IMG/VR virus record: IMGVR_UViG_3300046169_000098 | Direction: 5' to 3' (one strand) | DNA length: 64,000 nt | DNA from: an uncultured virus (IMG/VR IMGVR_UViG_3300046169_000098) | Taxonomy: Duplodnaviria > Heunggongvirae > Uroviricota > Caudoviricetes | Shown: piece by piece, positions 18,199 through 27,082 of the stretch | How the letters are laid out: each line of letters starts with the position of its first letter | Position numbering within the stretch: the stretch's first letter is position 1 | Made by a program: the position numbers and the translations under genes | Notes under the pieces: generated by a model | The model's database searches: none | The model's input: only the letters and a program-made list of their open reading frames with translations | What the model was told of the DNA's origin: nothing

Positions 18199-18852
18199 TT
18201 AGGTGGAGGGGTTTGAAACGTATGTAACCAAGAAATATGCATCGACTAGGTCGTCTAACGGCTTCGGGATCTTTTTCCCAATTTCAAGATCTTTAATCAT
18301 AGAATGCAGGGGACTTTGAGCCAAGATTGGGTCATCGTTCACATTTTGTTGATATGCCTCAAACAACTGAAGCTTATTCATATTACCTTTGCCAGCAAAC
18401 TTCTTAATTGTGGTAGGTGCAACAGTTAATATATCTTTAACGTGAAGTTGAGAAATCATCTGTTCTTTAAGGATCGCGGCACCTGCGGCCATATCAATTA
18501 TATTGTTTGTTCCCATTTTAGAACCATAAGAAGTTCCTTCAAATGCAATAATATAATCATTCTTAGTTTTAGTAATTCCTAAAATAATATTGATAATTTG
18601 ATCAGCAGTTGCCATATACCTTCTAACCTTTGCTAACTCATTCTTAGAATAATCACCAAACGTAGTTTTCCAATCGGGTTGGTATACTAATGTAACGTCA
18701 CTTAGTAGGCTAATATCTTCCTGAAGTTTTTGTTCCTTCTTAGTACCTAAACCTGGTTTAACGTAACTTATATAATGGTGTGTATTGGATTCTGTATTAA
18801 AAATACAAATACCTGGGGAATTTAAAGAAAAATCTACTGAAACGTAATTCAT
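18199..18852 (-). CDS. RuvC-like Holliday junction resolvase / RNase H-fold nuclease
   Basis: VSVDFSLNSPG, AFEG, PTTIKKFAGKGNMNK and DDLVDAY. Confidence 0.85.
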   Translation of the reverse strand: MNYVSVDFSLNSPGICIFNTESNTHHYISYVKPGLGTKKEQKLQEDISLLSDVTLVYQPDWKTTFGDYSKNELAKVRRYMATADQIINIILGITKTKNDYIIAFEGTSYGSKMGTNNIIDMAAGAAILKEQMISQLHVKDILTVAPTTIKKFAGKGNMNKLQLFEAYQQNVNDDPILAQSPLHSMIKDLEIGKKIPKPLDDLVDAYFLVTYVSNPST

Positions 18853-19221
18853 TTAGAATCTTTTACCAAGACTAGCGCCTAATGCAGCACCTACAAGTCT
18901 TGAGGTTAACAAATCAAATAATATACCTTTTTGTATACCTAATACCTTAGCTAATAGTTTACCAACTGATTTTCCTAAAGCAAATCCAGTTAAACCACCA
19001 ATAATAGAACCTAAAAGACCTTCATTAGTCATCTCTTCATTTAGTTTGTCTAAATTATAAGTACCGTCTTCGTTTTGATATGTTTTACAAAACTCTTCAA
19101 TAGCGGCATCTATTTTAGATTCTAATTCAGGAGTCCACTCAGACTGTAGATTTTCTTTAAGAACATCCATGTCATTTTCTGTGATCTTTTCCTCTACTAA
19201 GTATTTATTAAATGTTTTCAT
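18853..19221 (-). CDS. glycine-zipper probable virion/head protein
   Basis: N-terminal MKTFNKYLVEE; NEGLLGSIIGGLTGFALGKSVG...GAALGASLG. Confidence 0.6.
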   Translation of the reverse strand: MKTFNKYLVEEKITENDMDVLKENLQSEWTPELESKIDAAIEEFCKTYQNEDGTYNLDKLNEEMTNEGLLGSIIGGLTGFALGKSVGKLLAKVLGIQKGILFDLLTSRLVGAALGASLGKRF

Positions 19222-19247
19222 ATTGTATATATCTTTGATTGTTGAGC

Positions 19248-19707
19248 TTAGTCTTTATTAATAAATTGTTCAAATAACAACACGTGACTCAGTATTTTCT
19301 TAGATTCGTGGATTTCATTATCTTCATTAGAGTAAAATTTATATCCTTTACCTTCAACAAACCCATCTTTATTGAATTTAACATAGCTTCCGCCACTTAT
19401 AGGCTTCTTAAAGTAAGATGAACATCTAGTGTTTAAATTTAATAATTCTTTTTTAGCTTTATTCTCAGACATGCTCTCGCAGAAAATTCTAGCACTATGA
19501 AAACCACTAGCTACACGAAGACCTGAAGAAACATCTGCATGAATACTTTGTTCTATAAATTTGTAATTTTTACTTTCAATATCCTTAAAGTCGTTAGCCT
19601 CTTCTTCAGATTCAAATACTGCAGCCATCCATTCCTCTGCTTTATCAAAACGGTCACCTTTTTCTGGGTTAGATCCCCACACTGTGTAAATTTTTTGCTT
19701 TTGCCAT
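19248..19707 (-). CDS. hypothetical protein (MAKAKIYTVWGSNPEKG...), with a +1 A in a homopolymer near 19693
   Basis: ORF 19248..19682 extends to ATG 19707 when one A is removed; C-terminal HES..ILSHVLLFEQFINKD motif. Confidence 0.6.
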
Positions 19708-19725
19708 TGATATTATTTGGTTATT

Positions 19726-20280
19726 TTATGATCCAGAAAAGTCTTTAAATGGTAAATCAGTTTTGTGAATCTTAACAAATTCTTTATAAGCCTTTTTCTT
19801 ATCAGCAGTTTTTAGTATTTTATACATTTCTCTAAGTCTTTCAGCATGTGCTGATCCTCTTTTCCATGCTCCTATGATCATCTGCATACATGTAAGTTGT
19901 ATCAAACGATTTCATTGAGGTTAAATACTGGTCTAACGGAGAAATAAATTTCTGTAAAAAGTATTGTTGAATATCGTATGCTGAAGAAGTTTTCTTATTG
20001 AGATATAACTCATATTGACCTCTCCAATTAGGTTCTTTTATATGCATGTAAGACATCAGTGCCTTCTTTGTGTTTTACAGTTATTTGCCACTTAATACCC
20101 TTTATCAGTAGATTGATCTTCATATTGAACATCATCTAAATTATCAGATATACCAGCATACGTAAGTAGATTAATGATAGTCATTCTAAGATCTTCTTCT
20201 ATTTCGGAAGGAGTTCCCCATCTACCTCTTTCAAAATCTTTGTAAGAGTAATAACTTTCTAATGTTAGTAAGTGTTTCAT
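19726..20280 (-). CDS. hypothetical protein fragmented by several apparent indels
   Basis: Fragments MKHLLTLESY...DKG, ...FDTTYMYADDHRS and ...TADKKKAYKEFVKIHKTDLPFKDFSGS lie in successive frames. Confidence 0.5.
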
Positions 20281-20290
20281 ACTGTATATA

Positions 20291-20844
20291 TTAATCTAAT
20301 TCTATTCTTAGTTTTAATTGGTTGTAATAGAAATTAATTTCAAAAGTGCTAAATTCAGAAATATTATCTGAGAAATTTAAATTAAGTTCATTTATAGAAT
20401 TCATTATTGGTTTTGCAAATTGCATATAAGCAACTGATGCACCTTCAGAATCTAATATTCTTAATGTTAAAGGTTCAGTATAAGGCTCAGTGGTTGATCT
20501 AGCATAATAATACAACAACGTATCCATCATTATCCAGTAGTTTATAAAACCATCTAACAGTTGCATTGTTACTGTAAATTGTCTCTCTATTGTATTTTGA
20601 ATAGGCACAGCACCTCTTTGGTATCTTATTGATCCATCATTATCAGCTTGAGATATTGGGTCAAAAGAAACTCCGGGAATATTTACACCCTGGAATAGAA
20701 TAGTTAACAAAATCTATTGGCTCCTGCTAAAACAGAACCAGGTACCTTAGTTAAGTATTGCTTGTATTTTTCAGCAACTTCTTCGGGTATAAAGTTTCTA
20801 GGAAACTTAAAGTCAAATGTATTATTCCTACTATTTAAAATCAT
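20291..20844 (-). CDS. tail tube/tail completion-fold protein (T4 gp3/gp19-like), about 183 aa, with two +1 insertions (near 20723 and 20692)
   Basis: Reconstructed MILNSRNNTFDFKFP...EPIDFVNYSIQGVNIPGVSF...FTVTMQLLDGFINY...LRILD...TFEINFYY. Confidence 0.6.
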
Positions 20845-20845
20845 A

Positions 20846-22914
20846 TTATGCTTTTACGAATTTACCGCTTGTAATGTATGTTTGCTCTTTACCGTTGTCT
20901 ATGCTAATATAGAATTTATTATTTGACATATTTCTAATGGCATTTCGCGTTTGCTTCATTTATTCTAAACAAAACTTCACCTTCACCCATATCTATGTCT
21001 TTGTTAGAAACATGATTAAATGTGAGCTTGTTAGTTCCGTCTCCAAATGAAAGCACTAATCTCTCTGCATTTTCAAAAGAAATAAATTGAATGTCATCAC
21101 CCCTTTTTCTTTGAAATAACAAACTTAAAGAAGCATGCAAATGGCGGAATACTTATACTTAAATCTCCTTCACCTACAAAATCAGAGGTTTCTACCTCTT
21201 CTACATTTTGAGTTATTTCATTTTCAGTAGATCCATCAAGCGTTACTCTAGAAGACGAAGCAATTATGTTATGTCTTTCTATAAATGCTGGTACAACTTT
21301 TACTGATCTTGGTAAACTATCTGTAATTAAACTTTTAATTACTTTATTACCAGAAAGATTTGGTAAAATATTGTAAACCTCAGTCATGACATTTGGACTA
21401 TTAATCTTTAATGCCGAAAGTTTTTTTCCATACTTTCCTGCTTGATTTAAAATTAAACTAGCTCTTTTTACAATTTGAGTATTATCTGTTTGGTTGTAAA
21501 TTCGCATAGTAACTTCTATAGAGAAATTAACAGCAACATTAGCGTTCTTAATAATTGGTCTAAATAAGATAGGATCGTTAAAATCTTCATACTGTGTAAA
21601 TGTTAATTCATTTGTTTTTACATAAGAAGTTCCAATTTGTTCAAATACATCTACATCAAATATAGCTATAATATCATCTGATGATGTTCTAATTCTATCT
21701 AAAATATATGCTTCAAATCCACCGATTGAATTGTCTTTTTCTCCGTAAATCTTAAAGTAATCACCATCATTTGCATCTTCAATAACTACAGTAAAATCTT
21801 GGAATTCATCTTCTCTTGAAACTGTAAACGAATTCTCTTCACCTACATAAAAATAATCATAACCATTTCCTACCTCTAATCTATCTATAAGTTTGAAACT
21901 AACACCATAATTAGAAGTAGTTATCAAATCACTAGAACCTGTTGTTCCATCACCGTAAAATCTATCCGTAAATTCAGAATTCTGACCTATTATAGATGGA
22001 ATTTTAATTTCTATAAATTTACTCCAAAGAGTTTCTCCTAAAAGAAACGGTCTAGGGTTTGCATACTCATAGTTACTAGTATTTAAATAAACTAATTGTG
22101 TTAAATAGTTTTTTCTTCCAGTTGATCTATCAGTTGTTATTTCAAACAAAAATCCTTCATAATCTCTAGCGGCAAAACTGTAACCGCTCTTTAAGTGAAG
22201 TCTAACAGCATCATATTGAATATAATTTATATTTTGAGTTGCCTCTACTTGATAATTAATTAAATCGGCCTCATTACTACCAGTCCATCCTGCATTGTTA
22301 TTAATGTAATTAAACATTTCATAATATCCAGTAGAATCATAACCTAACAATGCATATCTAGATTCATCATTAGGAACTTTAATACCGTGGTATCTTCCAA
22401 GTGGTTGATTTATATCATTTCCAGTAACCTCGTCTGGTGTAGAGAATAATGGATTAGCCCTTGTGTCGATTATTATTTTTCCACCAATTAATCCTGTGTA
22501 TTTGTATTCTATTACTCCGTTTTGATTTGGAATATATTGACCTATTTTAGTAACATCAGAATATGAATATATGCCTAAGCCTCCTGTTATTTGAAAAGAA
22601 CCTGGATCTGGCAAAGCAGATAAGTCAAATTTGTATGTTTTTCCGTTTTGAAGAAGTAATGTTCTTGCTGCAAAATTTTCAACAGACAAATATCCACTGT
22701 TAATTGTTACATCAAAATTTACTACATCGCTACCTAGTTCATTTATTAAATGTCTAGTGTAAAGCGGAGAGTTTTTAACGGTATCTAGGAATTTTACCTC
22801 ACTACCGTTATCGTCAACCTCTATTTTAGTTGCGTCTGGATTACTTTGATCGTGATATATGAATTCTAATAAAACGTCTTCGTCTATCCTGAAATATCTT
22901 GATGATTTTGCCAT
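20846..22914 (-). CDS. probable virion structural protein, about 688 aa, with two +1 insertions (near 21103 and 20943)
   Basis: ORFs 21097..22914 and 20934..21140 plus a tail ending TSGKFVKA join in frame; located in the structural module. Confidence 0.6.
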
Positions 22915-22919
22915 ATTGT

Positions 22920-23728
22920 TTAGAATCTCAAAAATTTAGGTGACCAATACACTCCTAAACCAATAGAAGGACCAGTACTAATTACTTGATTATTATTTAA
23001 GTTTATTCCATAACCAACTCCAATACCAATAGACCATCCAGCTTTTTTCTGAACTTTTCTATTTAGTCTTGTGTTAATTAAGTTGATATTTTCAATATCT
23101 TTTATTTCTATACCCGGGTAACTAGGTACTCAATTTTAATCTATCAGCACCATCTATATTTTCGATAGCTGCCATTAGACTTAAAGTTTGTGTTAATTCA
23201 AATTTACTATCCTAGCACTTTAAATTGACCAAAATCATATTTGATAATAGATGTTCCAAATAATGATCTAGAATTACCATTACCAAAATCTGTATTAGAA
23301 GTAAAAGTAACCTCTGCTGAAGTTGAATCTATTTGTGTAACATTGGCATCAGGCTAATAAGCTATCCTTTTATTTCTAACTCTGCAGAAATCAATGAGTT
23401 AACTGTACTTAAATCCTCAGCTAAATCTAGGGCTTTCTGGTATTTTTTAGTCAATTTAACAAGATTGTTATTTTTTATAGACAAGTCTACTTTATACGAT
23501 CTTATTTGTGCTAACTGATCTCCGTTTTCATTTCTCAAAACTGTAACAGAGTCTTGAGAAGCCTTTTAAATTATTAAGAGCTATATTAGCGTCTTCTTGT
23601 GCATACTTAACGTCTTGTTTCAAAGAAGCCACTTGGTTGCACTGTTTTAAAAACAACAGCACAAAAAGAGCACCCAATACAAATGTTAGGGTGTTCTTAT
23701 TACCAAATATTTTCTTAATTATTTCCAT
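22920..23728 (-). CDS. membrane-anchored coiled-coil protein, putative spanin-like lysis protein; multiply frameshifted
   Basis: N-terminal hydrophobic segment ending LKQC, then coiled coil, then C-terminal WSIGIGVGYGIN...GPSIGLGVYWSPKFLRF, read across frames. Confidence 0.5.
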
Positions 23729-23748
23729 ATAAATTTATTTAATAATTA

Positions 23749-24453
23749 TTATCCAATAACCTTAGGGCCTTCACCATCCTCTTCGGAGACGCTGCTATCT
23801 ATTGTGTAGTAGAACAAATCATTACCCGTGGTAACTCCGCCGTGAGATAATTGTAATGCAGCTGCGATACCATTGAGTGGACTAGATGCTTGGGTGAATG
23901 TTATATTTCCGGTCCATATAGTAGGAACACTTTCACCCTTTGAACTTACAGGCGAAGAACCCGTCGGATTAGTAACAGTTGTACTTACATATGCACTAGA
24001 TACTTCATCGGGCGCTGCCGGTGAGATGTTAGCAGGTACATTTGTTAATGTGTATCCTACTGTAACATCCCCGTTACTAAAGTTATAATCATTAGATGAT
24101 TGGTTGTAATTATCTAACTCAACACCTATTGACACAAATGCTGGTGTCGCTGTAGGTGGAATCGGAGTTGCCGTTGGAGGAACCGGAGTTGCCGTTGGAG
24201 GAACCGGAGTTGGTGATAAGCTTCCTCCAGCTGCCTGATTAACATCTATAGAATTAGTAGTTGTTCCGTCAGCGTGATTTACTGTTAATGTAGCAGATCT
24301 AGCTTGGCTTGTTTGGTTATCACTTACTGTAATTTCCCAGGTATCTGAAGAACCGAGTTGATTAATTGTGATCCAACCTGTCGCTGGGTTATCCCACGAA
24401 TACTCGGCGCTACTAGGAACTACTGTTACTGTTCTTGTATATGTGTGTGCCAT
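23749..24453 (-). CDS. BACON-domain protein with Pro-Thr linker (virion adhesin-like)
   Basis: W....GWITI...ITVSDN.T..ARSATLTV...IDVNQAAG is the BACON signature; followed by PTPVPPTAT repeats. Confidence 0.8.
   Translation of the reverse strand: MAHTYTRTVTVVPSSAEYSWDNPATGWITINQLGSSDTWEITVSDNQTSQARSATLTVNHADGTTTNSIDVNQAAGGSLSPTPVPPTATPVPPTATPIPPTATPAFVSIGVELDNYNQSSNDYNFSNGDVTVGYTLTNVPANISPAAPDEVSSAYVSTTVTNPTGSSPVSSKGESVPTIWTGNITFTQASSPLNGIAAALQLSHGGVTTGNDLFYYTIDSSVSEEDGEGPKVIG
24143..24214 (-). repeat. 21-nt tandem repeat encoding PVPPTAT
   Basis: GGAGTTGCCGTTGGAGGAACC occurs twice perfectly (24164-24205) with degenerate flanking copies. Confidence 0.9.
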
Positions 24454-24472
24454 TTTAGTTTGTTTTTATTTC

Positions 24473-25087
24473 TTATTTATTTATTTCAATTTTATTAGTG
24501 TTACACCATTCTTCAACGGCTACACAACCTATGTTATATGTTTTTGCCTTTTCTATTGAACCGAATGGAAAATAAAGTTCACTGGTATTATTAGTCCACG
24601 ATGTTTTCCATAAATCTACTCCACTTAATTTTTCAACAGTAGCATCAGTTCTATTAAATACGTTTGACTTTTCTCCCTCGTCGCCATCGATGGTAATAAA
24701 AATTCTATCCCAACATTTAATGTGAAAGAAATCTCTAGTAAATCCAAGGCGGCTAGCCCAATGATATTGTGCAGCTGTAAGATCTAACATGAATGAGTTA
24801 TTTAATGCTATTTGAGTCGCACTTGTCATTATAGACTGTAACGTAGCTAATTCACTGGTATCATATATCTCGCCTGATAGCGGTGTCATTACGACATCTG
24901 CATCCTTTGAACTTTGACTACCACCAACCATACCGCCTACAAGATACCAATTATAGTTGGCATAATTAGGAATATTCTGCTTCACCTCTGCCCACCACGT
25001 TTTAATTTTAGCGGGAGTACACGGTCTTCTAAAGTTTGTGTGATCTGTAGTGGAAACGTTCGGTCCTATATTTAATTTGTAAGCCAT
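24473..25087 (-). CDS. DNA polymerase beta-superfamily nucleotidyltransferase-like protein
   Basis: WYLVGG.......KDADVV (hG[GS]..DhDh) with a candidate third Asp in MLDL. Confidence 0.5.
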   Translation of the reverse strand: MAYKLNIGPNVSTTDHTNFRRPCTPAKIKTWWAEVKQNIPNYANYNWYLVGGMVGGSQSSKDADVVMTPLSGEIYDTSELATLQSIMTSATQIALNNSFMLDLTAAQYHWASRLGFTRDFFHIKCWDRIFITIDGDEGEKSNVFNRTDATVEKLSGVDLWKTSWTNNTSELYFPFGSIEKAKTYNIGCVAVEEWCNTNKIEINK

Positions 25088-25101
25088 GTTGTTTTTATTT
25101 T

Positions 25102-27081
25102 TTATGGTGTCGTGACTTCCCCTGAGTCATCACATCCTTTAATTAAAAATGTATCTGATACCGGAGGAATCGATTGGCCATTTCCATTAAATCCTGTTAC
25201 AGTACAAGTAAGTGTTGCCTCATCTCCGCCACCATCACATGCACTAGTGAAAAGATATTCTACTTCAAGTGTTTGTTGATTTGTGGAAGACAAGTCAAAC
25301 CTATTAGCAAGTATTCCGCTAATAGACCATGAATATGTCGGTGTTGTGCCGTAGCCACCTGACCCGTAAATATTAGATGGCGTTGCTGTATAAGTTTGAG
25401 ATCCTTGTGATGTGTAAATCCATTCTGCTCCAGTGATTGTTACTGAAGAACCTTGTTGACCACCACAGTTAGTCCAAGATTCTAATACCTCATTGTTGTC
25501 ATTTAATTTAACTGACCATCCGCTCCAAGCAAAGTTAGGTTCGTTAGAGCTAATTATTTTCATCGAGCCGCTATTACCATTTACTGCATAGTTATTCTGG
25601 AAGTAGTTCTGGAAGTTTGTTCCACCTTCGCCCTGTGGGTATGTAAACGTATCTGTACCAGAAGTTTGACTACAAATGTTAGCCCAATCATCTGTTTCAG
25701 CAATTTGTGCAGTATAACTTTCGATACTTACGCTACCATCAATTCCTATTTCGAAGTTCAATTTACTAGGATCTATTTGATCACTAAACCCAACAACAAC
25801 TCTACCTGCTGAATTCACATTAGGGTCAATGTAATAGTTGTTGCCATTACCACCCCATCCAGAGATACTAACTTGGCTAGGGCTAATGTTATAACCAGAG
25901 TTTGCTTCAACATAGAATTGGTCAGCAAAGCTAGAATTAGCAACTCCGGTTTTTGTAATCACACTGCTAGGAGAACCTCCAGTTGGGTCAGTGTAAATTG
26001 ACGCGTTGCCTATTGCACTGTTTGCTGTAATATTAACCGTATATATTTGCGGTGTTGGCGTTGGTGGAACTGGAGTTGGTGTCGGTGGAACTGGTGTTGG
26101 CGTAACCGAGACTGATCCAACTGGAGTTCCATCTGCATTTGCATTGATGTTTCCACCACCTATAGTAATACTATTATTATTTACTGGTGTACCATCTGCG
26201 TTTGCATTGATATTTCCACCGCCTATAGTAATACTATTAGGTACTGCCGATCCACATTCTGTACATAATTCTTTCCACTCATTAGATGCAAAGTACCCTT
26301 CAAATTTATTATTTACTGAATTGTACCTGATCATACCAGCTGTTGGCGATATAGGATCAGACGAGTTGTTTAAGCGTACATATCCTTTAAATTCTGCGTT
26401 TGCATCAACATCAACGATTCCTGTACCTAAAGTTTCTAATTTAATATTGCTTCCGCCACCCGATTGAAGAGTAACTCCACCACCACCTGTGATAGATGTT
26501 AACCCGCTTGAATCAAAATCTATTTGATCAACATTAATTGCAAACTGAATGTTTTGTGCTTGGAATGCATTTTGAATGGCAAATCTAGTTATAGAATTAT
26601 TTGAGTCGTATGTACTTGTAACCGATAGTTTTTCACCACTAACGTCATCCAATAGAGTAATGTAATTATCAAACGCTATTGAATCTTTTTTAATAGTTAT
26701 CTTAGAATTAAGACCTGTGTTTACTCCATCTACTAAAACAGTCTCATCGAAAGAATCATCACCTAAAAATATAACAGGTGTATATGTTAACCCTAACCTT
26801 TTAGGTTTTAGAATTTTATAAGTAGAATCTACGGCAGGGTCTACAGAAAACCATGGAGTATTAGTAGTACCAGTATCACCCTTTATACCTTGATCCCCTT
26901 GATCACCTTTAACACCTTTTTCTCCCGTTAATCCTAGGTTTCCCTGTTGTCCTTTTTGGCCCTTTTGGCCTCTTGGTCCACCCCCATTTGCAAGAATCTG
27001 ATCAAAATTATAATTAATCTTTTCAAACTTAATTGAGTCAGAATCACTAGGGTGTAATATTTCTCTAATATTGATTGCCAT
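25102..27081 (-). CDS. collagen-containing tail fibre protein, 659 aa
   Basis: N-terminal KINYNFDQ attachment-like motif, 12 Gly-X-Y triplets, GMIRYN....FEGY fibre motif, Pro-Thr linker and Ig-like C-terminal domains. Confidence 0.8.
   Translation of the reverse strand: MAINIREILHPSDSDSIKFEKINYNFDQILANGGGPRGQKGQKGQQGNLGLTGEKGVKGDQGDQGIKGDTGTTNTPWFSVDPAVDSTYKILKPKRLGLTYTPVIFLGDDSFDETVLVDGVNTGLNSKITIKKDSIAFDNYITLLDDVSGEKLSVTSTYDSNNSITRFAIQNAFQAQNIQFAINVDQIDFDSSGLTSITGGGGVTLQSGGGSNIKLETLGTGIVDVDANAEFKGYVRLNNSSDPISPTAGMIRYNSVNNKFEGYFASNEWKELCTECGSAVPNSITIGGGNINANADGTPVNNNSITIGGGNINANADGTPVGSVSVTPTPVPPTPTPVPPTPTPQIYTVNITANSAIGNASIYTDPTGGSPSSVITKTGVANSSFADQFYVEANSGYNISPSQVSISGWGGNGNNYYIDPNVNSAGRVVVGFSDQIDPSKLNFEIGIDGSVSIESYTAQIAETDDWANICSQTSGTDTFTYPQGEGGTNFQNYFQNNYAVNGNSGSMKIISSNEPNFAWSGWSVKLNDNNEVLESWTNCGGQQGSSVTITGAEWIYTSQGSQTYTATPSNIYGSGGYGTTPTYSWSISGILANRFDLSSTNQQTLEVEYLFTSACDGGGDEATLTCTVTGFNGNGQSIPPVSDTFLIKGCDDSGEVTTP
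26119..26238 (-). repeat. two 57-nt copies (63-nt period) encoding NSITIGGGNINANADGTPV
   Basis: Copies at 26182-26238 and 26119-26175 give identical peptides and differ only at synonymous sites. Confidence 0.95.
26869..26979 (-). repeat. collagen-like Gly-X-Y repeat
   Basis: GPRGQKGQKGQQGNLGLTGEKGVKGDQGDQGIKGDTG. Confidence 0.95.
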
Positions 27082-27082
27082 T

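Noticed and set aside
26119..26238. Diversity-generating retroelement template/variable repeat pair
   Set aside because: The copies are tandem, in frame and synonymous rather than adenine-specific variants; no reverse transcriptase in the window.
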